DNA of 63,997 nt, filler included, from Stramenopiles sp. TOSAG23-6 (Eukaryota): assembly GCA_900128565.1 (NCBI GenBank). It is 10 parts of 10 records of this genome, joined end to end, with 100 filler letters (N's around TTAATTAATTAA, not from the genome) between each part and the next. Parts side by side here need not be neighbours in the genome. Positions count along the whole stretch, not along the records: positions 6,442 to 12,772 come from LT636718.1; positions 12,873 to 19,201 come from LT636719.1; positions 19,302 to 25,628 come from LT636720.1; 7 more parts are not named here. One strand, given 5' to 3'. Positions 11,184-23,843 of this stretch are shown piece after piece. The notes beneath the pieces are model-generated. The model had not been told where the DNA came from. It saw only the letters and a list, made by a program, of their open reading frames with translations, and did not search any database. Numbering within the stretch: position 1 is the stretch's first letter; every line of letters begins with the position of its first letter. Made by a program: the position numbers and the translations under genes.

Positions 11184-12719
11184 TTAACGACGTCTTTGGG
11201 AAACTTTAAGCTTTGCCATTTTCTTTGCTAAAATATGTTTATAGTCACGAATTGCACCATCGAATTTTGTGACACCTTTGTCTTCACAGACCCAAATTTC
11301 ATTTGCAACTTGATCAATTAAACGAAAATCATGAGAAACTAAAACTACGCCACCTTTAAACATTTTAATTGCTTCAACAAGACCCTGAACAGCCTCAATA
11401 TCTAAATGATTTGTCGGCTCATCGAGTAAAAGCACTCCGCATGTATTGTGAAAAAATATTTTTTTTTAAATTCGTTAGGTACAAAATTGCGTACGAAAAC
11501 AAAATTCGATTTTTTTGTTAAAAAAAAAATAAAACATACTAGGAGTCATGGCAATCATAGCAAATACAAGTCGACTCCTTTGACCATCACTTAGTAAACC
11601 AATGGGTGATGTTTGATTTCCTCGTGTAAACCCAAAATTACTTAAATAAGCAATCCATGCTTCTGCACTTCTTGGTCGACCAGTCCCTTTCGCCACAGAT
11701 TTTGGAGGAAAAGTCTTTTGCATAAATTCTAGAGGCGAAAGATCTAAATCAAGAACATCAGCACTGTGTTGATGGTACAGCGCCATTTTTAATTTACTGT
11801 GCGTTTTTACTGCACCTGTAGTGGGTAACAATTCCCCACTCATTAGTTTTAAAAGAGTTGACTTTCCACAACCATTAGGACCAACCAAAGCTACTCTTGA
11901 ATCATAATCAACAGCTATATTCAAATCTTCATACAAATAATCCTCCTTCTTACCGCTGTACCCAAATGAAACATTATCAAAAGGCATTACAGGAGGGGGT
12001 AAACGATCAGTCTCTGGAAAAGTAAATACCAAAGATGACTCACGCACCTGTGGCTTTGCTACGGCATCATTTTGAATTTTTTCTAAAACTCTTTTTTTAG
12101 ACTTTGCCGAAGCTGCCTTTCCATTTGCTTTATTCACTCGAACGTAAGTTGATAACTTCGCCATGTCAGCTTGTTGCTTTTCGTATTGCTTCACCTGCAC
12201 TCTTTCTTCATCAGTAGTCACTTTTACAAATGTCTCATAATTACCTCCATAGTACTTCAGTTTAGCTCCTGCACTTCCAGAACCTCCGCTATCAAACCAA
12301 GGATTGGGTTTTAACCAAATTGTATCTGTACATACAGCATTCATAAAATCTTCTGAATGAGTTACAACTACTAAACATTTATTCTTTGGGTAATTTGCTA
12401 AATGTTCCTCCAACCATACACATGCTTCCAAGTCTAAATGATTTGTTGGTTCATCCAAAAGTAAAAGCGAAGGCGCGGCAAATAAAGCTTTTGCTAGTGA
12501 AACCCTCATCCGCCAACCTCCAGACATGTTTTTAGTTTTTCTATCCATTGGCACTAATCGATCACAGAATCCAAGACCACTAAGAATTAATCGAGCACGT
12601 GGTTCTGAACCTACTGGGTCAAGTTCATCTAGACGGTCGTATATGGCCTCCAGACGATCATCTTCAGGTCCTTCCTCCTCCATTATTAACTCAGCTAATG
12701 CTTCTAGTTTAGCACACTC
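11184..12719 (-). CDS. ABC-F family ATPase (ABCF2/ARB1-like), 5' part missing; exons 12719-11540 and 11440-11184
   Basis: [23 protein letters not shown] twice, [26 protein letters not shown]. Confidence 0.92.
11441..11539 (-). mobile_element. Repeated non-canonical intron (GT-AT), 99 nt
   Basis: Family motifs; gives [16 protein letters not shown] (an in-frame AG 6 nt further downstream is an alternative). Confidence 0.8.
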
Positions 12720-12772
12720 ATGTATTTTGGAAAAATATTTGAAAAAAAAATCGTTAGGTACAAAATTTCGTA
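12720..12772 (-). mobile_element. Repeated intron, 3' half at contig end (AT acceptor)
   Basis: TACGAAATTTTGTACCTAACG...AAATATTTTTCCAAAATACAT followed by in-frame [16 protein letters not shown]. Confidence 0.85.
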
Positions 12773-12893
12773 NNNNNNNNNNNNNNNNNNNNNNNNNNNN
12801 NNNNNNNNNNNNNNNNTTAATTAATTAANNNNNNNNNNNNNNNNNNNNNNNNNNNNNNNNNNNNNNNNNNNNCTCCTTCGATGGAAAGAAAAT

Positions 12894-12986
12894 GTATCTT
12901 TTTATTTTTTTTCAAATTCCAATGTTTTTTTCGTACGAAATTTTGTACCTAACAAAAACAATTTGAAATATTTTTCCAAAATACAT
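12894..12986 (+). mobile_element. Repeated intron (GT-AT), 93 nt; 5' side probably mis-joined
   Basis: Family motifs; its upstream flank duplicates the exon end and donor at 14432-14474. Confidence 0.8.
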
Positions 12987-15160
12987 CTGCGTCAGCTATC
13001 GCACTTGGTCATTCTAATGTAGCATCAATATCGTCCGCTTCAGCAACGTCATTAGTAGCTGCGTGTGAAGTCCCAAGATTGTTCTTGAGGAGAGTAAAAC
13101 ATGGTATAATGACACGTGCTCCAGCCCCAACCGGTAGAGGTGGTGTTCATAAAGCAGCTTTGACAATGAGGAAAATGTTACGTAAACAAAAAGGTGGTCA
13201 GTATAACGTTAATCGTCTGTGTTCGTTTGATCAAATAAACTTTGCTTTATCTGGTGCATCAACGGAAGAGAATTTATCTGGTGTTTTTTGTGGTGGTGTT
13301 CGACCAATCTGGATACTTTGTGTTCATGGTGAAATCATAGTAATGCCTTTAGTCTTACCACATAAAGAAAAGGTGAGTATGTTTAATGGCATGCCACCCG
13401 TGACTACTTTTGCACCTTTTAGTTCACCGTTTAATCCTGGAGGTTTTGTGTATTACCATCGTTCAGGTGCACTTCGTATTTGTCAATTTTCAACACCAGA
13501 GGATGAAGCAGACGGTGCTAGTAAAAATAACGAAACTGGTGCTGAGCCACGTGGTGCTCTTCGTAGTCACTTTAGTGTACATGGCGGTGGTTCTATCGTT
13601 GTGCGAAAGGTTGATATGAAATGTTCTCCTCGACGTATTGTTTACATGGGTGATGCTGTCGTAAATCCTAATAACAATTCTTTAGGGGAAGGTGAAGATG
13701 AAACTTTATTACCAACATATGCAGTTTTATTTCAAACAGAAAGAGCTCGCGATATTCGTCGTGAAGCAACAGAAGAAGCTCTTCAAGTAGACGTTATTGC
13801 TGATGGATATGATCAACGTCAGCGTGATAATTATATTAATGATAATTATTGTGAAGCGAAGAGAGACATGGGTGGTGCACCTCCACTTTTTGTTCGATCG
13901 TATGATGTACGACTTATTCAATGTGGTGGTGATGGTGTTGGTTCTTGTACTGAAATATCTCGAATAGAATTAAAACCAAGAGAAGTAGGTACATGTATGA
14001 CTTTATTGTCACTTCCATTGAGCGAAACGGATCATTCAAAGAAAGAGGCTGCGGTAGCTGTTGGAACAATGCTTATACGCCCAAAAAATGAAGATGAAGA
14101 AGCAATGGGACGTGTAGTATTGTATTCTGTGAAACATGTAAATGCAAAAAGTGCGAATGCGGATGGAGTAGATGAAGAAGAACAACAACAACAAACAATA
14201 CCTGTCTTGAAAGTAACATATGAAAAAGAATTTAGAGGTGGTGTTAGTGCAATAACACAGATGAAGCTTCGTAAATATATAGCTCTGAGTTCCGGGTCTA
14301 AAATTTTCCTTTTTAAATGGATGAAAGAGTCACTTGTAGGTCTTGCCTTCTTTGATGGACCTGTTTACATCCACTCCTTAATGGCAATTCGTGATTTTGT
14401 TGTGTTTAGTGATGTTCATAAATCTGTGCAACTCCTTCGATGGAAAGAAAATGTATCTTTTTATTTTTTTTCAATTTTTTGTCTAAATTTTTTTCAAAAC
14501 ATTTTGTACTTAACAAATTTTAGTTTTTTTTTGAAATATTTTTCCAAAATACATGATCGACGTTTAGTTCTATTAGCCAAAGATTATGACCCATTAGATT
14601 CGACCGCATCATCATTTATGATTAATGACCGTCAACTTGGACTTGTCGCAGCTGACGAACAAAGTAATTTGACTGTTTTTAATTATTCGCCATTGGATGT
14701 TCATAGTAGAGGTGGACATAAACTTCTTGTAGGGGCCGATTTTCACCTTGGTCAAAAAATTTTATGTATGAATCATCGTCGTATGCTTCCTGATCGCGTT
14801 GGTCGGAAAGTATTACGGTATGCTTCTCTTTTTGGAACATTGGATGGAGGTATTGGTGCGTTGGTACCTATTGATGAAGGTGTATTTCGTCGATTACACA
14901 ATTTACAACGTGCAATGGTGATGGGTCTTTCTCAGAATGCAGGATTAAATCCATGGACATATCGAACATGGAGAGAACCTGGTGGGCACGGTTGTCTTTT
15001 GCGTAATCCCAAAAGACGCATTGCTGACGGGGTTGTTCTTTGGAAATATCCAGATTTAGATTATACGATGCAATTGAATTTAGCTAGATGTATTGGTAGT
15101 ACACCAGAAATGATTTTAGATAATTTAATGCGAATAGATCTAGCCACAATATTATTGTAA
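12987..15160 (+). CDS. CPSF1: Cleavage and polyadenylation specificity factor subunit 1 (CPSF160), C-terminal part; intron 14453-14554
   Basis: GVFCGGVRPIW, LVGLAFFD, SDVHKSVQLLRW, LLAKDY, SRGGHKLL..ADFHLG, FGTLDGGIG, AGLNP. Confidence 0.9.
14453..14554 (+). mobile_element. Repeated non-canonical intron (GT-AT), 102 nt, in frame and stop-free
   Basis: GTATCTTTTT...GTACTTAAC...GAAATATTTTTCCAAAATACAT; restores WKEN|DRRLVLLAKD. Confidence 0.88.
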
Positions 15161-15439
15161 TTTTTTTATGAATAATATTATATAAGACAATAAATCTTTA
15201 ATGCAAGAAACAATTATTTTTTACTATTTAACAAAACATGATTATATTATGCGTAAATTTGCAAAGTTGAAAAACTTTGGCTTTCGCTTTAAATAGCTTT
15301 AAATAAAAAAGATTTCGATTTCGTGCGGTCCCAGATTTCAAAATCAATATTCTCGACGCATTCTCGACCCAAGAGAGAGTTTGAAAGAGAAGAATGAAAG
15401 AAAATTATAAAATTTGATAAAAGAGCACTTCAAGCATTG

Positions 15440-18400
15440 ATGATGTCAGGTAGATATACATGTTATGAATTATACATATTAATTTTATTGTTTGTATGTT
15501 TTAATGGTCTCTCCGTGGAGAATCCTTCTCTGAAAGTATATTTTAATGTGACAAAAGTGGATGCACATGACTCATTGTCGTCTACTCCAAACATACGTAT
15601 TGAACAAATATCTATGGAAAAAAATGAATTGATTGTAAATGTAAACACAAAAAGAATTGATCAAAAGCATATATTATGCTTTTCAATCTCAAAAATCTCC
15701 GAAGAATCTGAAGAAAAGGTAGATTATTCTTCTTTGAGTGTATTATGCGATAATGGTACAATAAATACGTTTCTCACATCTGAAGTCACCTCAGAAATAT
15801 ATGTATTATCATCATACGCCATGTTTATCAATAGTAGTAAATTTAGGGTAAAGGCAAGTATATATATGAAATCACCTTTATTTATAGATGGTGTTCCTGT
15901 GAGTAGCGTCTTACACTTGAAGAGTGTTGACACTATCAAAAATAGTGGACCAGTTACATTTTCCGAAAAAGTTGTTGATTTTTCTAAAACGACAAGTAGT
16001 ATAGAAGATGAAGAAGTTTTTTTTCACCCAGAAACTGGAGGTTTACCTTTGTCATATGTATCATCTCCTTTACGTAAACAACTGTGGAAGTCTACAGAAC
16101 AACTGGATAAACAAACTAATGATGGTGAAACTTCTGATGGAGAGATAGTTAGTTCTTTGTTGAGTGTATTACCTACAGAATCAATACCCATAGAATCTTT
16201 AGTCAGTGCTGCTAAGAAGGACCGCGTGCACGCATGGCGATTTGATAATGTTATTCTCGATGTCGAAGCAAAAAATATTATATGTATGTTTTTTAGTATG
16301 ATGTTTTTTTCGTTTTTTTTTTCATACGAAATTTTGTACCTAACAATTTTTTATTTTTTTATTTTTTACAATACATTAATACAAGGACTAAAACAACCCA
16401 ACGTTGACCTTCCTACCAAACCAATCACTACTACAAACTATAAAAGATTCCTTCAAGCAATCTCCCAAAATTGGACAAAGACTTCCTCTGATCTTTGGAG
16501 TATTGAGACTAATATGTTTATCAAATTGAGTCCACCCATTCTGACATTCTTGCCAACTTTACCTGGATCAAAATTATTTGTCTTGCAAAAATATTTTGAT
16601 TCTCAGTTGTATCACAGGAATAAATTGAACACAACATATTCATATAATAAAACACATATTACGACAAATAATATAATGACACGATGTAAATCTAATGTTC
16701 ATCACGGTTTTATAGGTTGGCGTTGTGATTTTGGTCAACATAAAGATTGTCTTGGAGATCCATTACATATCAATTCATGTCGTAAGCTAATGTCTTTTAT
16801 CAGTCAATTAAGAAATCCTTCATTTTTTCCGTGTCGGTGTCTGGATATAGAAGATTTAAGTCACTTTCACGAAAATAAAAATGACACAATATTATCAACG
16901 GCTTCACCAATAAATACGAAAAATGGTACAAATAATGCAAATAGACAAAAATATGATGTAAAAGAAGAAAAAATTGATTGTATTACTCAACCCGTTGTAA
17001 TATTTTCACTACCACTTCCGTTATACTATTGGCATGTAATGACAGAAGGCATTCTTCCACTTGCACATACTATATCACACATTGAACGCCGTATAAAACA
17101 TGATAGTCGATATAAAGAGAAAAATTATACTTCGCCACTTTTGGTAGTAGCACAACCATGGACGAGTCGATTAGTTCCACAATTTGCTCAGGAAATGTTG
17201 AAATCTTTAGGAGGTCCCGTCATTTTATCAATGGAAGATTTTTCAAAAGGTTCAGGTTTATCTAATGTAAGCCGTTTTTGTATGTTAGATGTAACTATAG
17301 GTTTTTATCCACAAATAACACAACATAGTGAAGTAAGAGCAGCAGCTTTGTTTCTCATGAATAAGATGAGTGTCCGTCGGAGAACGTCTCGATTACTTCC
17401 TCATATACCTCATACATCTGCCATTGATGATGAATTAATAAAATCAAAAAAAACAAAAATGAAAAATGTCAGTCCACAAAAACCTCGCGTAGTTTTTATT
17501 CAAAGATCTCGACGATGTGCTGCAGCTGATGCAAGTTGGATTAAAGTATCCAAAGAAATAAATGGAAATAGTACAGGAGATTTATTTGATAATAATTTTG
17601 CTATGGTTCGCAATCATACATCATCTAATAGTACTTTTGTGAATAAAACTAATGAAAAATCAAAACAAAAAAAAATCAAAGCATCAATTCGTACGGAAAA
17701 TGCTTCTCGTGTCATTATTAATATGGATGATCTTGTAGCTGTTGCCCTAAATCTTGGTGCTGATGTTGAAGTAGTTACCATGGAAAGCTTGAGTTTACAA
17801 AAACAAATCGAGGTAGCTCATAGTGCTGATATTTTAGTCTCCGCTCATGGATCAGCGTGGGCTAATGTTATGTTTATGCGGACTGATTCCGCGGCAATTC
17901 AACTATTAGGTTATGGTTTTAAAGAAGGCTGTTTAGCTTTAGTTCATCAACAAAGAATGCTTTTTCAGAATTCTACTTTTCCTACAGATGATTTTTGCGA
18001 TGGTATTGGAGTCGATTTTCCTGCATTGGTACCAGGTACTTACTTTGAATTGGAAGAAATGGATCCGCATCATTTCAAACCGTTATTTACTTTTCCTGAT
18101 CGCTATTGTCAAAAGAATAAATCCTCATCTAACTTGACTAAAAGTTATGAAGAGTGTAGAAAAATAGAGGCAAATAATGAAATGCTAGCACGGGAGTCTC
18201 CAAGATGGCTTTGGAGCTATCATTTTAAAAGAGCATATCATTACTTCAAAGGCGCTCATTTTTATGTTGATACAAAGAGATTTTATCGTGTTATGAAACG
18301 AGCCTTGGCTGTTGTTCTTGCAGCACCGGAAACAGAAAAAGAAGCTTCTGTTGCATATGACGTCAGAGAAGAATTCGAAACGAAAGAATATTTCCAAAAG

Positions 18401-19148
18401 AATTTGAATAATGAAACAAATGATACAAAGGACTTGAATCAAATCGGTATCAATTATTCTAGCATTTTCTTTCCATTTGAAATAGATTATAAAAGTGATG
18501 ATATTGTACCAACTACGATTGATTCGAAAACAAAATGTTCTCGAGGACATTCTCGTCTCAACCTAGGATATGTTCACTATTTTCTACCTCATGGTGGTGT
18601 TGAAACGATTATTAAACTTCTATCCAGTCGATTAGATCATGAATGTTTCAATATTTCAGTCATTCTAGTAACAGATTGGATGGCACAACTGACTGACAAA
18701 GAACAAGATAATGGGCATAATTATACAGGTGGAGGAGTCCTTCGATCTACACTTGAATCTATTGGTGTTTCTGTTGAAATATGGCCACTATTGACAAAAC
18801 GACCAACGCATGTTAGTGAGCCAGCGTATGCTGGTATTTCCCACCCTGTAGATTTATCCGTTTTGCATGAATTACTTCCAAGATTACGCCAATTTGATAT
18901 TCTCCATTCTTTCTATGGTGGGGCAAATCTCTCAAGTGTAGGAATGGATGCAGTTGGTTTGACTCGCATTAATTTGAATAGTAATGAAAAAATAACAAAC
19001 AATCGTCATAACAAAAGTCAAAAGAGTAAAACATCTTCTCTAGAGTTTTCTCCGGTCCATGTTAATACAATTGTAGCAATTCTTCCTCTAGTCCGTGGTC
19101 ACACAAATGGTCTTGTAGATGCTGTTGTAGTTGATTCTCATGCATCAT
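15440..19148 (+). CDS. Secreted or membrane-anchored glycosyltransferase (GT61/EOGT-like domain, then probable GT4-like N-terminal domain), 3' end missing; intron 16284-16376
   Basis: Hydrophobic N-terminus; YYWHVMTEG, VVFIQR, LQKQIEVAHSADILVSAHGSAWANVMFM; later HYFLPHGGVETII. Confidence 0.7.
16284..16376 (+). mobile_element. Repeated non-canonical intron (GT-AT), 93 nt, in frame and stop-free
   Basis: GTATGTTTTT...TCATACGAAATTTTGTACCTAAC...ACAATACAT. Confidence 0.85.
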
Positions 19149-19201
19149 GTATGTTTTATTTTTTTTCAAATTCGATTTTTTTTTTTATAAAAATTTTGTA
19201 C
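19149..19201 (+). mobile_element. Repeated intron, 5' half at contig end
   Basis: GTATGTTTTATTTTTTTTCAAATTCGA...AAATTTTGTAC. Confidence 0.8.
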
Positions 19202-19301
19202 NNNNNNNNNNNNNNNNNNNNNNNNNNNNNNNNNNNNNNNNNNNNTTAATTAATTAANNNNNNNNNNNNNNNNNNNNNNNNNNNNNNNNNNNNNNNNNNN
19301 N

Positions 19302-19384
19302 AAAAATATTTCAAAAAAAAAATCGTTAGGTACAAAATTTCGTATGAAAAAAAAAATCAAATTTGAAAAAAAAATAAAACATAT
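19302..19384 (-). mobile_element. Repeated intron, truncated; AT donor
   Basis: Minus strand ATATGTTTTATT...TCATACGAAATTTTGTACCTAACG...GAAATATTTTT. Confidence 0.8.
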
Positions 19385-21208
19385 GTTCCTTACGAATAAT
19401 AATATCATTATTCAATGCGTTGTGTTCGACTGTTTCTTCTTCATCAGTCGTGTTGTACTCTTCTGATGTCATGTCGACTGTATCGATACATCTTATTTGA
19501 TGATCTGTTGAATTCTTTATTGTTCTGCTAAGAATTCTTATTGGATCATTGTCTTTATTCCTTTTTTCTGGAATAGAGTGTACAGTATCTTTAGGGTTAG
19601 GTTTTTTTTCTGGAATAGAGATTACATTATCTTTAGAAAAAACATCCGAAGAATCTTCTGTTCGTAATAAACGCGGGCAAAATATCTTTTCAGTGCGTAC
19701 ACTGTAGTTATTATCAGAATCATCATCGTCACTCATTTCTTCATCATTTGTTGGTACCGACACAACAGTACGTATTGTAAAAAAATATTTCAAAAAAAAA
19801 TCGTTAGGTACGAAATTTCGTATGAAAAAAACATTAAATTAGAAATTCATATAAAACATACACGTTGAACGTGATCTGTGAGCCATTGAAGCATACTCAC
19901 TTGATCAGATACAGACAATGCAATAATACCCTGTCTGATTTGGTATGGGGTGAAACTTTTCGAAGGTACCAACATATTGTCAGATTTAATAGTTTCAACG
20001 GCTTCATTGTTGACTGAGTTTGAATCATCATTACACAGATTTGGTTCACTATTTACTGATTTTACCTCCTTACCATGAACTCTCTCTTGAATTGTATCCT
20101 TTTCAATAATATCTACTTGTTGTTGTTGGTCGTGATTTTTATTCATGGAAGAAACAGTTGCTTTTTTATGATGCATTCGAACTCTTGATAGCTTGTCGTT
20201 TCGTTTTTTTCGTTGTCTTTCAGATGTCAAGGAACATCTACTTTCAGTATACAAATTTTCCAATGACAACGTAAGACTGTCGTTTCTTTTGTCAGCTACA
20301 TTTGAAGAACATCGTAATTTGCTATTGCGGCCATGATAAAGTGACGTCCTACTCGCTCCATGGCAAAACTTTTTATTTTGTGTTTTTAATGATTTCGGTC
20401 CTAATGTCATGCGCCGTTTCGATTGAACAATTTTAGTACGAAATTTACCACGACGTTCAAGTTCATGCATACTTGAACGATTCGATACAAACCTCACAAA
20501 ACCTCTACCATTGTTGGTATTTTTGATATTTTTCTTGGTTCTTAGAGTAGATTTGTTTTTTGGTGTGAAGCTCATTGGAACACTAGATTTACTACTTAAT
20601 TTTATTCGTTTGGGCTGACTCTGACTGGTAAGAGTTGAGTTAGGTCGTTGATTTTCTTCGTTTCCAGAAATATCTCTAACATTTCTCGTCAATCTTCGAC
20701 TTTTCTTGGTCTGTTGTTTTGGATTTCGCTCTGCAAAAGATGCTACAGTAGAACGACGTGACAGCTCACGTTTGTCTCTAGAAGATTTGGTAGTCTTTCC
20801 ACTCATTTTTTCATTCTGTTTCTTCTTCTTTCNCCATTCATCCAGCTTTTCCCGCCGAGTTAAACGACGTTGAACTAAATTGTTTTGCATTATATCGTTA
20901 TTTGGGTCAACGCCTCCTGATTTCCATGCTTCGTTGGCAAACACTTCCCCGGCAGTCCAACCTTCTTCACTCGTACCTAAAGATGAAATCTTCGATGCTC
21001 CTAACTTGGATGTAGTTTTTGTTTTACCTTCTCTCTCAGGTCGAGAATCCATCGATTTTTTTTTCAAAAGACGAAGTGGTTTGCCTAGATGTGATGATTT
21101 TAACATCTTTTTTGGGGTTTCTCGGCGTATCACGGGTGAGTTCTGTTGTACCACCCTCAAAGCTCTTCTACGCATCTTCGCGGAACGTACTCCACTTTCC
21201 ACTACCAT
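19385..21208 (-). CDS. Basic low-complexity protein of unknown function; exons 21208-19862 and 19769-19385, 3' end missing
   Basis: Two ORFs joined in frame by removing 19770-19861. Confidence 0.65.
19770..19861 (-). mobile_element. Repeated non-canonical intron (GT-GT), 92 nt
   Basis: 5' end nearly identical to the 9180 copy; ends ACAATACGT. Confidence 0.85.
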
Positions 21209-21567
21209 ATTATTTACGTTATAATATGATCCCGTTTGGTTATACTAAACAACTGAATGAGAAATATATCCTTACAAATAAGATGCTTCTCGCTTGGCAA
21301 GCGGTGTTGAAGCAGACTCAATTGTAAGCTTGAGAACAAAAGAGAAGTTTAAAAAAATATATAAAGAAGAGCGAGAAAACAAGCAGAAAATTTGAAAAAA
21401 CAACATTTGAATTTTCTTGAATTTTTTTTTTCTAAAAAAATCTATTTTTCGTGTTTTGAAATCAAAAGATGTCATGTCAAAAATCGAAGGTTCAACGAAC
21501 GAATCAAATTTCAATATTGAATAATCTAAAATTGTGAGTGAGAAGCACGAAGTCTTCCACTGACACA

Positions 21568-22504
21568 ATGAACACATTAAACAAGGGTGAAGATGCCCAG
21601 AAGCAAGCCACGTTAGCAATGGCCGATCGTCTCGAAGTTGCGGGTAGACAGCTTCAAGAGCGTGATCGTATTCGTCAACAACTGAAGAAGCAAGAAGAGG
21701 AGAAAGCAGAACTTGATGCCAAAGAAGCTGCAATAGAGGAGTATAAACGTCAGTATGAAGCAAATGCTAAAGAGCGTTTCGAGCGCTGTAATCCTGATAT
21801 CATTGAAAGAAAAAAAGAGCTACAAGAAGTAGATGATGATGTAATTGCACAAGAACGTGCACAGGAGCGTGAAAAAAAGAAGGAAAACGAAGAATTGGAC
21901 GACTCAGAAGAAGCTGTACTCCGCAGAATGCGTGCCAAGCGTATGCGGGAATTACGTGCAAAGCAGCAGAGAAGAAAACAGGGTTATGGTGACTATAGAG
22001 AAATTATTGAATCGGAGTTTTTACAAGAAGCATGTAATGCAGAATTTGTGGCAGTTCACTTTTACCACCGAGAGTTTGTTCGTTGCAAAGTGATGGATAA
22101 ACATCTTGAACGCATCTCTAGGGCACATGATACAGTGAAAATTCTAAAACTTAATGCAGAGAAAGCACCATTTTTTGTCAACAAGCTAGGAATTAAAATT
22201 CTTCCTACTGTAATAATGTTCAAAAATGGTGTTTCGTGTGATCGTATTACTGGTTTTGAACGAGTTCTTGGTGACGATAAATGTACGTCTATGTTTCAAT
22301 TTCAATTTTTTTTTCAGCAAATCTATATCTTATGGTTGCTTATACCTAACAATTACCGAATGTGACATATTCCTTCACAATATATGTCGAACACGTGCAT
22401 TGGAGTATCGCTTAATAGATGGTGGAATCATGGAGGATGAGGCTCCTATGGGAGCCTACCCAGATGATGAATTTACAGATGAAGAACTGTCTGATGAAGA
22501 CTAA
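21568..22504 (+). CDS. Phosducin-like thioredoxin-fold protein (TXNDC9/Plp1-like); exons 21568-22282 and 22386-22504
   Basis: GYGDYREI, VAVHFYH..F.RCKVMDKHL, NAEKAPFFV.KL.I..LP; spliced GDDKCRTRALEYRL. Confidence 0.88.
22283..22385 (+). mobile_element. Diverged family intron (GT-AT), 103 nt
   Basis: GTACGT...ATACCTAAC...ACATATTCCTTCACAATATAT. Confidence 0.8.
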
Positions 22505-22574
22505 GATTAAGAAGAATATTTTTTATACGTCTTTATAGGGAAAATATTTGTACTGTCTATCATTTACTAAATAA

Positions 22575-23591
22575 CTATTTTTCATTACAACTTTCTGTTT
22601 TTTTTAAATTGTTTACATGACTCGAAACTTGAACTATATCTGGAGATATCATCGTAGAAAAATACCACCATTCTAAATCATTTTCAAGTGTAATGTCGCT
22701 TGTTTCACTGCATCGAGAGCTCACCTTGCCACATATTAAATCAGCTGAATCGAATGCAGCTGTTATTGCTTCAATACTTGCTAACACTGATGTATATGCT
22801 TCTTCTCCATATATTTTTTGTAGATTGAAGCTTGCTATGGTTTTTTTTACACTTTCAGGTACAACTACTTTTTTTAAAAGTGAATGTGCAACAATCTCTT
22901 CATAATTTTCTACAATATCATCACAAACGGATTGAAGATGGGATGAAACATAACGGGGATACCTGAGTGATATTGATATACATTCATCCTCTATCACTTG
23001 CCAAACATGCGACCGAGAACGAAATCGAGAATTTCCAAAGTCTCTACTGATGACTCTTTCCATATCAAACACTAGAAGCCTGCAAGAAGCGCAACTCATT
23101 ATTCTGGCGTTTTTATGATTTTTTAAGTTACTATTGTTATAATAAGTCAGCCAATGGTTGTTTTTCTTGTCCAACTTTGGGCAAACATTGACTTTTTCAC
23201 TGCAAAACTTATAACTCCGTTCATAACAGTCACTGTGTTCTAATGTTGCACCACTCAAAAGGACTCCAATTAGCTCTGCACTATGCTTTACGAAATGGTT
23301 ACAACCATATAAAATATCCTCCCGATGACGAGAAAATTCTGGTGTGTTGCAAATACCAAGAATAATTGACATTATATCAAGATGTAAGACCTCACCACCC
23401 ACTCCACTTCTAACACCTTCAGAAAAACGACCTTGGATTGAATCTGCCCTTTGCGCAACTTTTCGATGCACAGCTTCAATAGTTGTCGTACAAGCTTGAC
23501 AATAATAATATTGCGGTTGAAGCACGATATCATCAAAATGTATGCTTGCGTCAGTATATAGTAAAATGCCAAGTACAATAATTATTCTCAT
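22575..23591 (-). CDS. Secreted protein with two saposin-like/Canopy-type domains
   Basis: Signal peptide; CQAC and CASC motifs with saposin-like Cys spacing (e.g. VCDDIVENYEE). Confidence 0.6.
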   Translation of the reverse strand: MRIIIVLGILLYTDASIHFDDIVLQPQYYYCQACTTTIEAVHRKVAQRADSIQGRFSEGVRSGVGGEVLHLDIMSIILGICNTPEFSRHREDILYGCNHFVKHSAELIGVLLSGATLEHSDCYERSYKFCSEKVNVCPKLDKKNNHWLTYYNNSNLKNHKNARIMSCASCRLLVFDMERVISRDFGNSRFRSRSHVWQVIEDECISISLRYPRYVSSHLQSVCDDIVENYEEIVAHSLLKKVVVPESVKKTIASFNLQKIYGEEAYTSVLASIEAITAAFDSADLICGKVSSRCSETSDITLENDLEWWYFSTMISPDIVQVSSHVNNLKKTESCNEK

Positions 23592-23843
23592 TGCGAATTC
23601 AGATATATATTATTGTAGTAGGTACCGAGGAGCAGCAGCAAGTGATTATTTCGTGCAAAACTGCAAATGACTGCAAATATAGCAGTCAGGTTGATCGCTG
23701 TCAAAATTCCAAAGATCAAAATCATCCTATATATAGTGTATAGTCACTATAGTGTCGAACATACTTCAGTCTCGAGAACTAATTCAATTCATCCATATTG
23801 AGTATTCTTTACCTTCAAGTTTGATTATTTCATTTGCGTAAGA

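Noticed and set aside
11430-11441. Canonical AG acceptor for the ABCF intron (giving TPMLLLDEP)
   Set aside because: In frame, but two residues shorter than the usual ABCF spacing between VFA and LLLDEP, and inconsistent with the other copies. Not excluded without cDNA.
14451-14552. Classifying the family as standard U12 AT-AC introns by shifting junctions 2 nt upstream
   Set aside because: It works only where AT is duplicated; at 4338, 11539, 58985 and 60803 it would give TT, TA, CT or AA donors, and the AC is not conserved (GC, AA, AT, TC).
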